Shown: positions 52,440 through 64,000 of the stretch, one piece after another
Layout: each line of letters starts with the position of its first letter
Numbering within the stretch: the first letter of the stretch is position 1
NCBI GenBank assembly: GCA_044892505.1
Contig: CM097882.1
Coordinates: 449,376,001-449,440,000, forward strand
From: Schmidtea nova
Lineage: Eukaryota
DNA: 64,000 bases
Direction of reading: 5' to 3'
Position numbers and translations under genes: made by a program
The notes under the pieces: model-generated
Databases searched by the model: none
What the model was told of the DNA's origin: nothing
What the model saw: only the letters and a program-made list of their open reading frames with translations

Positions 52440-52698
52440 TTTTAAAATGAAATCTATATTTTGTTAGATCATTTATATATGTTTTCTAAATTTTATATTA
52501 TCCAATCAAAATTCGTTTAACATTTTATTTGATTTTCATTGATTATTATTTATGTGTGCAGATACACGCTTTATTGATATTTTTTAATTGATTGTTAATT
52601 TTATATATGCATATTTTTAATATTTTTTATTTTTTATAGGCGGATTATATCCCCAATATTGTCATTCATCTTATCATGATGAAACCTGTCATGATTCG

Positions 52699-55600
52699 AT
52701 GGAGCGATATTATTCTTATACCCATAACCGCATCTCTTACCTTATTTGTCCCATTTGTAAATCGACTTCTGTTTCTTCTTATGTAGACTTTTATAAGCTT
52801 CATTGTGAACATTTGAATCAATTTCAATGTTCTAAAAAATCGATTNNNNNNNNNNNNNNNNNNNNNNNNNNNNNNNNNNNNNNNNNNNNNNNNNNNNNNN
52901 NNNNNNNNNNNNNNNNNNNNNNNNNNNNNNNNNNNNNNNNNNNNNNNNNNNNNNNNNNNNNNNNNNNNNNNNNNNNNNNNNNNNNNNNNNNNNNNNNNNN
53001 NNNNNNNNNNNNNNNNNNNNNNNNNNNNNNNNNNNNNNNNTGTGATCCCACCCCAAATAAATTAATTAAATTAAATGAAATAGTTGTTCTTTCTGACGAC
53101 GACGATATAGTGATTGTTTCTGATGACGATGATATAGCTGTTCCCTCTGAAATAGTTGTTCTTTCTGATGATGAACCCATCATAGATGTTCAATATGGTG
53201 GGTCCCTTCTTCCTAATGTTAAATTTGATTTGAGAAAATCTCACGCCGTTGTAAAAATGGATGTTTCTCACTTGGTTTTGAAAACTTTAATTTTACCTGA
53301 TATTTTAATTAATAAATTAAATAATGTTATTAATGAGATGGGTTCAGTGAAAATACAATTTTGTATTGATGTAGAGTTTGAAAAAGATGGTGAATTTCAA
53401 TCATTTATCATTTCAAACTCTGCGAGACCCATGAGTGATACCTTTTTTGACGAGGGTATTGCTCTTTTAAATGAAAAGATATCGTTAATTAACGATAAAG
53501 GGAGTAATTGGGTTATTAACAAAGTTAATGAAATCCATTTCGTTGTAACAAAATTTGCTCAAATTAGTCGATTGAGTGGCAGAGGTCATATTGAAACCCC
53601 TCAATCTTTACAATTAAAATATTGTACAGTAAACGTAAGAAATTCTGACGACTTGTGTTTCATTTATAGCATTTTAGCTATTTTAAAATATGATGAAGTT
53701 GATGGACATAGATATAGGACTAGTAGTTATAATCTTTCTGATCTTGACTTTGTCCGTTCTGATTTACCGATGAGACTTTGTAATATTCCGAAATTTGAGG
53801 CTAAAAACCCTGGACTTGCTATTAACGTTTTTTCATATGATGAGGATGCTTTACTTGATACATTGGCAAATCCTGAAGTTTTTAAACACCCTTGTGTCGA
53901 TATAATTCATAGGTCGAAAGTTGTTGGTGGTACTCCTATTAACTTGATTTTGTTGGAAAGTGGTGATGCATATCATTATATTGCAGTCACCGATCTAGAT
54001 AGGCTTTTGAATTATCGCAATCACCATTTTTCAGATACTCGAGTACAAAGTATTTGGTGTCATCGATGCTTGAATGGATTTCGAAAACAGGAAGCATTCG
54101 ATTGTCATCAACAGTTGTGTGCTAAAAATCAATTAGGCACAACTCTTTATACTCTGCCTAGAAATAAAAATTTGAAATTTAGTAATTGGGGCAAAACAAT
54201 TACCCCACCTTTTGTTGTTTACGCCGATTTTGAGGCAATCTTACCTACTGATGAAAAGTACTTTCAAAGACATGTCCCAATATCTGCCGGTCTTTTACTT
54301 GTAAATAATTTCACTGGAGAAAAGATTTACAAGAGTTTCTTAGGTCTTGATTGCGTTACTAATTTTCTTACTGAAATTAGTAATATTTCTGAAACTATTG
54401 TTTATCCCTTTTATAGAACTAATTACAAGAAACCTCTTTTTATGACATCGGCTAATCAACAATCTTTTGATTCTGCTACTATTTGTTATCTTTGTAAGAA
54501 AACTTTAGTACAACCAGTTAGAGACCATGATCATTACACTGGTGAATTTTTGGGAGCTGCTTGTAATTCTTGTAATCAATCCCGTCGTTTATACAAGTTT
54601 TTACCCGTTATTTTTCATAATTTAAAGGGTTATGACTTGCACCATATTCTTAAATATGGTTTGGCTAATTTTTCAACTTGGAAAATTTCTTGCATTCCTA
54701 CAACTAGTGAAAAATTCTTGACATTGTCAGCAAGGGTTGGTGATTTAACCATTAAATTCATCGATTCTTGTCAGTTTGTAAATTCTAGTTTAAATGACGC
54801 TGTTAAGACTCTTACTTGTTTGCCTTTGACTAGATCTGAATTCACCGGGACTATTGTTGACTGTAAGGGTATTTTTCCTTATGATTTTGCAACATCTTTA
54901 GAAATTCTTAACAACACTTATGAGTTGCCACCAATCTGGAAAGGTGTTAAACAAGATGAATATGACAAGGCATTGGTGATTTGGAGGGAATCCCAGTGTC
55001 AAACTCTTTGTGACTATATGATGGTCTACCTTAAACTGGATGTTTTTCTTCTTGCTGATTTCTTTCAACAGTTTAGGGCTAAATCTATAGCTCACAATAG
55101 ACTTGAGCCTTTGAATTTCTTGGGGATTCCAGGTATGTCGTGGGCTTCTGCGCTTATTACCTTGGAAGAACCTATTGAGTTGCTCCAGGATATGGAGATT
55201 TATAATTTTTTCGAAGGGGGGATCCGTGGTGGATTGACATTTGTCAACAAGCATCACGTAGTATCCTCCGAAACGACTGAACTTTTATATATTGACATAA
55301 ATAATTTATACGGGTGGGCTCTAAGTCAAAAATTACCTTATGGTGAATTTAGTTGGATCACAGATCAAAATAAATTAAATTAATTAATTAAATTAATGGA
55401 TGCTGATTTGGCTATTTTGACTTATGGCGTGACTTTTGAAGTGGATCTTGAAATCCCTTCAGAAATTCACGATAAATTAAATGATTTTCCGGTTGCAGCA
55501 GAGAAAATGTGTGCTCCCGGTTCAAAAGTTGAGAAATTAATGCTTACGCATTATCCAAAGTTCAACTATGTTGTTCATTGGAGGCTTCTCAAGCTTTTTG

Positions 55601-56556
55601 TTTCTTTGGGTGTTAAAATAACACGAGTTCATCGGGCTGTTCAGTACAAACAGAAACCCATCTTTAAAAAATATATTGATACGAACACTGAACTTAGGGC
55701 AGCTTCTTCTACGGCTTTAGATAAAAACTATTACAAACTCTTGAATAACAGTCTTTATGGGAAAACGGTTGAAAATCTTAAGAAACGACTCAATTTACGA
55801 CTTTGTAATTCAGCATCAAAACTGATTACATATACTTCAAAACCTACCTTTAAAAAAACTTATAGAATTGATGATGACCTAGTTTCTGTCTTGCTTAATA
55901 AGGACTCTGTGTGTTTAGATAGACCCAGCTACATTGGTCAAACTGTACTGGATTTATCTAAACTTAGGATGTACCAGCTGCAGTATGAAGAGTTACAAAA
56001 ATATCGTAACGAATTCAACTGCGAAATTAACATCGTTGCTGGTGACACCGATTCATTTTTTCTTGAGATTAGAAATTGTAAGCTTGATATTCTTTTACCG
56101 GCCATGATAAGAGATAACTTACTTGACACTTCTAATTATGATCCGAATCACCCATTATACAGTAGGAACCTAGATTCCGTCATTGGTAAATTCAAAGACG
56201 AGAATAAAGGATTCAAGTATGATGAGTGGGTATTCCTTAGGCCAAAGTGTTACAGTCTTTTAGGTGATGAAGAGTGCATTAAGGCTAAGGGTATAACATT
56301 GAAGGATACTAAACTGAATCATCAGTCGTATCTGGATTGTTATAATAATAATTCAATAGTTTCTGTTGATCAGTCGAGAATAGTTAGTAAGAATCATCAA
56401 CTCTTTACTAATAAATCTTCTAAGATTGCCTTGACTAATCTTGACGACAAAAGACTTTGGGTGGGAAAAAATGTTAGTCTGGCTTATGGTCATTATAAGG
56501 GAATTGATGTGGTTATGGGTGTGCGTGAAGATGCTGCTGATGAACAATTTGCCTGA
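52699..56556 (+). CDS. polB: Protein-primed family B DNA polymerase; in-frame TAA at 55381-55383; N gap at 52846-53040
   Basis: YADFE, RDHDH..GAAC..CN, FHNLKGYD, KGIFPYD, YIDINNLYG, KLLNNSLYGK, GDTDS, KAKG; both ORF pieces are in the same frame. Confidence 0.95.
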
Positions 56557-57298
56557 AGATTTATTTAAATAAAGTTTTATTTTTAAATACTTTGTGTTTT
56601 TTGTTGTTTTTCTAGTTAATATTACTTTTTATTGTTGAGCGTTAAATTCTGGTTATTTATATGTAAAAGATCTTGAATTTTAACCATTTTTAACCAAGTA
56701 AGGTTTTTTCATGTTAAATTTACCATAGAAGACCAATTTTTCATGTTTTTACTTTTTGACCCTTTTTTGTTCGCCATTGAATTCCCAGTAGATTGGTATA
56801 AAAATTATTTAAATCCGAGCATTTTTGAAATTTTTGGGTAAAAATTTGAAAAAATTAATTTATTTTATATTTTTTGTAAAAATTATGAAAAAATAAATAA
56901 AAATTATTAAATTACAGTATTACATCATCAATTGCGTAAGGGATTTCGTGTTATGTAAGAATTTATATTTTTTGTAAGTAATTACGTAATAATGACGTAA
57001 TAATGACGTAATCATTACACAATAATTACGTAATAGTTACATAATAGTTACGTAATGATTACGTAATGATTACGTAATAGTTACGTAATATGACTTACTA
57101 ATGACGTAATAATGACGTAATAATTACGTAATGATTATGTAATAATTGCGTAATGATTACGTAATGATTACGTAATAATATATAATATTACGTAATTTTG
57201 GGGGTGGGGGGTGGGGGGTAGGCAACTGTATAATTATTACGTAATATATACAGTTTAGGGATAAATGGCTTGGCCCCGTGTCCTCACTATCCCCTACT
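56001..57298 (+). repeat. Right TIR, about 1298 bp
   Basis: Inverted match to 41904-43132. Confidence 0.92.
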
Positions 57299-57304
57299 AA
57301 CAGA

Positions 57305-59046
57305 CAACCGAAGGATTCGAAAAAGCTAAAGAAAGCCTATCACAAGCAACATTACTTGGATATCCAGACCCAAATTCAGAATACCAACTAACAACAGATT
57401 GCTCAGGATTCGCAATGGGCGCAACAATTTATCAGGACAATCAATTTGGAAGACAACCAATAGGATTCTTCTCAAAAAAACTAAAGTCACATCAAATCAG
57501 ATATTCGACTTTTGACAGAGAACTCCTAGCAATACATGATGCAATCAAACATTTTCAACACTTGTTAGAAGGGCAAACTTTTAAAATATATACGGACCAC
57601 AAACCCTTAATAAATGCAATTGCGATGAAGAATCCATCGCCAAGACAAATCCGACAATTGAATTTTATTTCCCAATTCAATTGCACGATAAATTATGTAG
57701 CCGGAAAATCTAACGTCGCAGCAGATGCACTATCTAGGACAGAAAGCGACATAAACTCCTTAGAATTCGGGGAAATAATAGAAATAGAACAAATTAAACC
57801 TAAGCAATCCGAAACAATAAGGAAACTTCCTACAAAACATAGCCTTCAACTTCAGGAATACAACGGAGTATGGTACGACGTATCAAATGAAATTAACAAA
57901 CGAATATTACTCCCAGAAGAATTCCGAAAAGGATGCATTGAAAAGATACATACAATAAATCACCCGGGAAACAAAACTACATACGAACTAATACATAACA
58001 ATTATGTATGGCCCAACATGAGAACCGATATAAAGAATTTCGTAAAAAGTTGTCCAAACTGTCAACTAAACAAAACCTCAAAAAAACTCAAAACTCAAAA
58101 AGTGAATTTTCCAAGCAGCCAAGCTTTTGAAACAATTCACACGGACATTGTAGGACCACTTCCACCAAATAACGACAACAAATATTTACTGACAATTATA
58201 GACAGGAAAACTAATTGGTTCGAGGTAATACCCTTAAAGGAAATCACAGCCAAAAATATTTGCGAAATGATAGAATTAAACTGGATAGCTCGCTACGGCC
58301 AACCAAAAACAATTATAACGGATCAAGGCAGACAATTCGAATCGGAAATGTTCAAGGTTCTTTGCAACAAATACAACATTAAAAGAAACCGAACAACAGC
58401 ATACAATCCACAATCAAATGGAAAGATAGAAAGGTTTCACCGAACGCTGAAAGAAAGCATTAGAACCAAAGCCAACGATCAGAATTGGTTAAAACAACTA
58501 CCCACAATACTAATAGGATTGAGAAATTGTCCTAATTCAACTGACAATGAAAGTCCCGCACACAAGGTATTTGGTAAATCAACAAATTTACCATCACTGA
58601 AAACTGACAGTCAAAGCAGAAAAGAAACCGAAACAAACAAATCAATGGAAAACAAACTAAAGGGAATCTTAAAAAAAAGAGAAAACTCAGAAATGGACGG
58701 AAAAGTAGTTCTAACGACAGACTACGTTTTAATCAAAAAGCCCTTCACCAATGGTTTCGAACCAAAATACGAAGGCCCATTCAAACTGCTCGAAATTAAC
58801 AAAAACGTAGCAACGATAATAAAAGACAACATCAAAACAAGAGTTAATCTAAGACGAATAAAACCGTACCACAACAATCGAAACACCCCAAACAACCCTA
58901 CAAAAGACAAAGCACCGACACAAACAAAAACACAACCAAACCACAAACACATCACATTCAACCACAAAAACACAATAAAACTCTTTGACAAGGATTCAAT
59001 AATCACACCCCTATACATAAAACGATACAGCGAATGCCTCAAATAA
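57305..59046 (+). CDS. pol: RNase H-integrase, 3' part of the interrupted Gypsy gag-pol
   Basis: LTTDCS, YTDHKPL, H..HPG..CxxC, TDIVG/TDQG/IERFH triad, GPF motif. Confidence 0.93.
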
Positions 59047-59315
59047 AATACACTAACATACACAAGCAAAACACAAGCACAACACAGCGAAATGTACAGT
59101 TTTTATTTTTTGTGTAAAGATGTAAAAGTTACAGATTTTTATGTTCTATGTAATTATGTAATTTATGTTGTTAAACAGTAAAACAAAACAAAAACAAAAC
59201 AAAACAAAACAAACCATAAAAAAAAAAAAAAAATTTTTTTTAAGTTACCGGTTGTATAAATATGTAAAATTCAAGTAATTTGTTAATTTTTATGTCCTTG
59301 TTAACCTCCGGTTTT

Positions 59316-59326
59316 AAAGGGGGAAG
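59316..59326 (+). other. Polypurine tract
   Basis: AAAGGGGGAAG just before the 3' LTR. Confidence 0.85.
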
Positions 59327-59329
59327 TTA

Positions 59330-60520
59330 TGTGGATGTCCTATATTATGGTCATTTTATTTTGTTGTTACTCGTTTATAAGATTGTAAGCGCCGTCATTA
59401 CTAGCGACGGTGCCCTTGCGGTCACCAGGAACCCCCCCCCCCCTATTTATTTTTTTTATATTGTCTAATAACTAAATAATTAAATAATTTGAATTATTAA
59501 AATTCAAATGATTAAAAATTCAAATAGCTTACTATAGGAAACTATAGTAAGCTATATTAAAAAAAAATTGATTAAAAAAAGTTTAAAAAATTTCAAAAAG
59601 AAATAATTAATATCAAAAGAAATATTTTGCTATATGAAATAAAAGAAAACTAAGGAAGAATTAAAGGAATTGTAATTAAAATATATCAAAAAGAAAGCCA
59701 ATCTTATTTATACAGAAGATTTATCAAAGTTCATATATTCTTCCAATTTACAATCTCCCTCGTCGATTAAACTATATCAAAAAGAAAGCCAATCTTATTT
59801 ATACAGAAGATTTATCAAAGTTCATATATTCTTCCAATTTACAATCTCCCTCGTCGATTAAACTATATCAAAAAGAAAGCCAATCTTATTTATACAGAAG
59901 ATTTATCAAAGTTCATATATTCTTCCAATTTACAATCTCCCTCGTCGATTAAACTATATCAAAAAGAAAGCCAATTTTATTTATACAGAAGATTTATCAA
60001 AGTTCATATATTCTTCCAATTTACAATCTCCCTCGTCGATTAAACTATATCAAAAAGAAAGCCAATTTTATTTATACAGAAGATTTATCAAAGTTCATAT
60101 AGTCTTCCAATTTACAATCTCCCTCGTCGATTAAACTATATCAAAAAGAAAGCCAATCTTATTTATACAGAAGATTTATCAAAGTTCATATAGTCTTCCA
60201 ATTTACAATCTCCCTTGTCGACGGCTGCTAAATTGTAAAGAAGCTACAGGAAAAAAACTGTACAAGTAACCTTTCGTGGTTTTTTATCATTTTGTTATTA
60301 ATAAATATTTGTTATAAAAAAATAGTGCTGTTAATTTTAGTATAACTTATATACTTTTTATATTTTTATATTATATCATATCTGTAACCGCAATACACAG
60401 CACACACCCCGAGTGTCGACACATTGCTAACGTCTGACTCTCTCGGGTCCTACAACTCTTCTTCCCATTCGTAAACGTTCACATACACAAACAACTAAAC
60501 TCAATTTGAACTGCACATAG

Positions 60521-60529
<9 letters not shown>
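59330..60529 (+). repeat. 3' LTR with 6 x 91-bp internal repeats
   Basis: 183 bp longer than the 5' LTR, explained by two extra units plus one C. Confidence 0.9.
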
Positions 60530-60594
<65 letters not shown>

Positions 60595-61432
60595 CTATTA
60601 TTCCAACCATTATTCCAATTACAATATCCCTTTGCTGTGAAATTAATGCCAGCTTTTGTTTAAAATCTCGATTATTTTTCGTTTACTTTTAACACCACAG
60701 GATAGGGATATAAGATACTTTACACTTATTATTTAAGTAAGCGGAGTCACTATTTAATTTCATGCTTGACACCTCCAGGAACAGCCTAAACAACTACAGA
60801 AATGCTCTTTAGCTAAAAGTGATGTGAATTAAACTGAATTAATCTTACGACCTAATTCCTCTTTAAATATATTCTTTAAAAAGGTTATTATGAATTATTC
60901 TCAGTTTACCTGATAAAATACCTTTTCCTATTTCATTTTCTATAGTTCCTTTGCTTAATTTTATGAATTACATATTTATGATCTAACAATTATTCCGTTA
61001 AAATAGAAAAAAATATAAAATATAAAAAAATCTTTTGATCTTTTATCTTAAGAAATACAAATTTCTTCATATGTTGAACGCTATTTTGTCTTTTAAGAGC
61101 TTAATCTATTTCTAATCTTGCATATATATATATATATATATATATAATCATAATTATCTTTTTGTTTCACCTTTGATCTTGTTTTAATATTAATATCAAT
61201 AATTCCCATAATGGTAAGACTATAGATCAAAATTGCAAAACACACTTGATAAAGTCTGTGCTGAAATATTGTGTACTTGTTTAAAGAAATTTTGATCTAT
61301 AGTCATCCATTATGGGAATTATTGATATTAATATATATATATATTTAAAAAGTTTCAATTATTCACTGTCATTAGTAATTATTGATCAACTAATTGTGAA
61401 AATTAAATATTAAAATCATCTTTCATTTCCAG

Positions 61433-61743
61433 GAGTCAATGCCGTCAACAATGGTTCATGGACAACATGGAAACCATTTTGGTTATGCGGTGTGGAGTTG
61501 AGAAACAGTGTTGTTGGTGTGGTTGGATTTGGGAATATTGGTAGGGGAATAGCCAGAAGGGTCAGTGCGTTTGGTGTGAAATCTGTTATAGCATCTGATA
61601 AACCAGGGGGTCCAACAGAAGTGAAAATAGAACCGAATCTACTCGTTCATATTGTCTCTTTCCAAGAATTGTTAGAGAAATCAGATTTTGTTATTGTGGC
61701 ATGCAATTTAAATGACAAAACGAGACATATGTTCAATGATGCT
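61433..61743 (+). CDS. GRHPR: GRHPR exon 3
   Basis: G|VNAVNNGSWTTWKPFWLCG..VGVVGFGNIG (Rossmann motif)..SDFVIVAC..FNDA; phase matches exon 2 across a 27,001-nt intron; GTGAGT donor. Confidence 0.92.
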
Positions 61744-62669
61744 GTGAGTTCGACTTACATATTTATTTGTCATATTCTTTTAAATATGAAAATCTCTAAT
61801 ATTAAATTCATTTAAATAAATAAAGTTATCCCTTTCCTGGCTGAATTAAGGATTTCAAATAAAGTAATAAAAGAAATGCTTTATTGAATTCGCAAAGGCT
61901 ACCACAACAATGGAGTGAGTAAATAATGAGTACAGTCAACTCTACAATGTATTGATTACAAATAACATCAGCAGCGTCTCTTATTTTCATTTTTGATCTT
62001 TTCTCTTCTATTTCAGAAATTATTATTTATTTTAAAAGTACTCGAATTTTCTACACATGATTTTTAGAAGACGTGATATTTTAAAGAAGCGTCTTATATA
62101 AATCTTATTAGTTTTATTTCCACGGTGAATTTTTGTAATGTATTACCTTGTAAATTATTTGAAATATCAGTCTTTTTCTAAATTAAATTAATTTTAGTTA
62201 CAGAATTAGCTTCTTTTGTAATCAAAATACAAATTGTTATTAAGAATAGAAGTTCATACCTTTACAAATAGTTTCATCGCAATATTGCGAGGAAATACAA
62301 TAATGTTTCGGCATACGTAAATTCGGATATACGTAACCTCTCATTCTCCTCTCAAGACAACTCTCGCGCCCATATGGCACATGACACGCTAGTTTTATTT
62401 GCTGATTTGTCTCGAATAACTAAATATTATAAGCATTTATAATTTGATTTTAGATAATGTAGATTCGATTAAGATCCTGTTGCATATGTACCTGAAATGA
62501 GCTTGTGAATCTATTGGTATCCTTACTTACGTCATGCTTTCCACTAGCACCTCTTACGTAGTTCTAGGTTATTGTACTATTGAATATTGCTTCTTGAATA
62601 TTTTCTACTATAATAGTGAAGAAAATATCTGTCAAAAATGCTGCTGACAATGTTCCTTTTTCATATTTT

Positions 62670-63038
62670 TAGAGGTTTAAATGAATATCGCCCAATGCTT
62701 CAGATGGGCTTCTATTTCCTAAGTATTTGTTGTTTATGAGACTTTGTGAGGAGACTGAATTTTCTTTTTGAATTCTTCAATCATTGTGTTTTTGAGGTCA
62801 GAATATTGAGGATTACTTGATGTTTCGCCTTGCTACTATGGTAAAGATCGCCATGGTCAGGTGTTGGAATAGTGATTTCTCAGATCCGATTTGTAAATAA
62901 TTGAATGAAATTTCCAATCGAATAAGCCATGTTTGAAGATCATCACTAAATTAAGGTATTTTTACTGAGTTCAAATTTATTTGTGATGATTCCAAATTTG
63001 TCTGGTCACCAGGGGAGTTTGAGAGGTTTCTGACACCA
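62670..63038 (-). pseudogene. Degenerate Gypsy (CsRN1/Mag-like) PBS plus gag relic
   Basis: Minus strand TGGTGTCAGAA PBS, then DDLQTWLIRLEISF..LFQHL and LGNRSPSEAL (LGDRKPS-like) with stops and frameshifts. Confidence 0.55.
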
Positions 63039-63984
63039 GTATTGAGTTTGCTTTAAAATTGAGACATTTAAAAAAATAATTGTTAAATGTTTCTTGAATA
63101 TTATTCTTACTATTTTTATTTCTGGGAACCCTCCATTGATTTTAAATTATTTTTTTTAAATTTTAAATTAATTTTGTACTTTAATTATTACTTTTTAAAT
63201 CTTGATGTTTTTATTGATTGGCACTTAGTTTTGCGATTTTTATTTTATTTCGTGCTTGTTTACAGAAACCGAGCACAATCATGTAAATATATTTCTGAAC
63301 TCAAGTTCAACGCCAAAGGATAAGTTCCTCAATGTATATGGTGTTCCACTCGTTACAAGACTTTTTGGTGTTTGATATATATTATTGGAAGTATTTCAAG
63401 ATTTCCAAGATTGGAAATTAATTTTCAAAAGATTTCTGGTTTTCAACTATTATTTGGATACTCCCTCAAAATCGGATACTAATGGCAGCCTTACTCTGAA
63501 TATGTTTTGTTGATTTGTTTTCATTACACTTTATTTTATGACAATTTATTTGATACATGCACCTAAATTTTGCCTCATTTGGAGCTTGACGACATCAATT
63601 AGTATTTACTGTATAAATTATTTAATAATCCATATAATAACTTTTTAAATTTTTATTAACTTTTCATAATTTTTCATTTTCTTTTGACAATAATTACACT
63701 AATTTTAGCAGGGGTCGACGTAGGATGATCTTTTTGATTGCTTTGCTAGATGCCCAATCAAGAATCAAAAGTTTGATCTGCTCCTCTTCATTTCTTAATA
63801 ATTCAAAAACAATTAATAATTTTTTATCTCATTTCCATTACAAAAATGAAACAATCAGAAATATTAAACACATGTTGATTATTATATAAAACCATAAATA
63901 TTGACTCTTAAACAAAATATTGAATAAGAAAAACAGAAAATCATCTTTTACCTTTTTTAATTTTTATTGTTTATAAAATTTCAG

Positions 63985-64000
63985 GCTTTCAATAAAATGA
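63985..64000 (+). CDS. GRHPR: GRHPR exon 4 start (runs off the window)
   Basis: TTTCAG|GCT TTC AAT AAA ATG = AFNKM, phase 0, continuing FNDA. Confidence 0.7.

Larger units (their letters stand above)
41904..57298. mobile_element. Polinton/Maverick (adintovirus-like), 15,395 bp
   Basis: Termini AGTAGGGG..CCCCTACT; 6-bp TSD AACAGA (41898-41903, 57299-57304); pPolB, INT, ATPase, protease, major and minor capsid genes. Confidence 0.97.
38200..60529 (+). mobile_element. CsRN1/Kabuki-like Ty3/Gypsy LTR retrotransposon (about 6.9 kb without the Polinton)
   Basis: Two LTRs, PBS, PPT and a single gag-pol frame; CHCC gag box WCYFHCKFGEKAFRCTKPC is typical of the CsRN1 clade. Confidence 0.92.

Noticed and set aside
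12050-55383. TAA recoded as an amino acid (three in-frame TAAs at 12050, 50178 and 55381; TAA=Tyr exists in a flatworm mitochondrial code)
   Set aside because: Many genes here end cleanly at TAA, and multi-kb ORFs contain no other internal TAA; isolated mutations or site-specific read-through are more economical.

Overview
AT-rich eukaryotic genomic DNA. The host is probably a flatworm/planarian; this is inferred from the short introns and the transposon families, not shown directly. (1) 1-28822: a giant (about 29.7 kb if the 5' LTR is completed), very young Ty3/Gypsy-type LTR retroelement with about 3.1-kb protein-coding LTRs and a tRNA-Pro-like PBS. It resembles the planarian 'Burro' giant elements. 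Its order is Gag(3xCCHC)-ubiquitin-like domains-Bcl-2-like-class III (chuvirus/gB-like) Env, then [in-frame TAA] protease, then [+1 shift] RT-RH-IN-ankyrin repeats-two FN3-like/TM cassettes. Separate ORFs encode an IAP-type RING, a full-length TRAF, coiled-coil proteins and a membrane protein. (2) 28.8-34 kb: microsatellite, tandem repeats and a probable relic Polinton terminus. (3) 34013 to window end: a host glyoxylate/hydroxypyruvate reductase (GRHPR-like) gene. Its 27-kb intron 2 holds a hAT MITE and a CsRN1-like Gypsy element (38200-60529) inserted in a (TA)n tract. That element's pol is interrupted by a 15.4-kb Polinton/Maverick (41904-57298, 6-bp TSD AACAGA). The Polinton encodes a TBP-like protein, packaging ATPase, integrase, two pentons, major capsid, adenain protease and pPolB. 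It has several 40-51 nt spliceosomal introns, and its TIRs have expanded into polB. All domain calls are by motif recognition only; no database searches were run.
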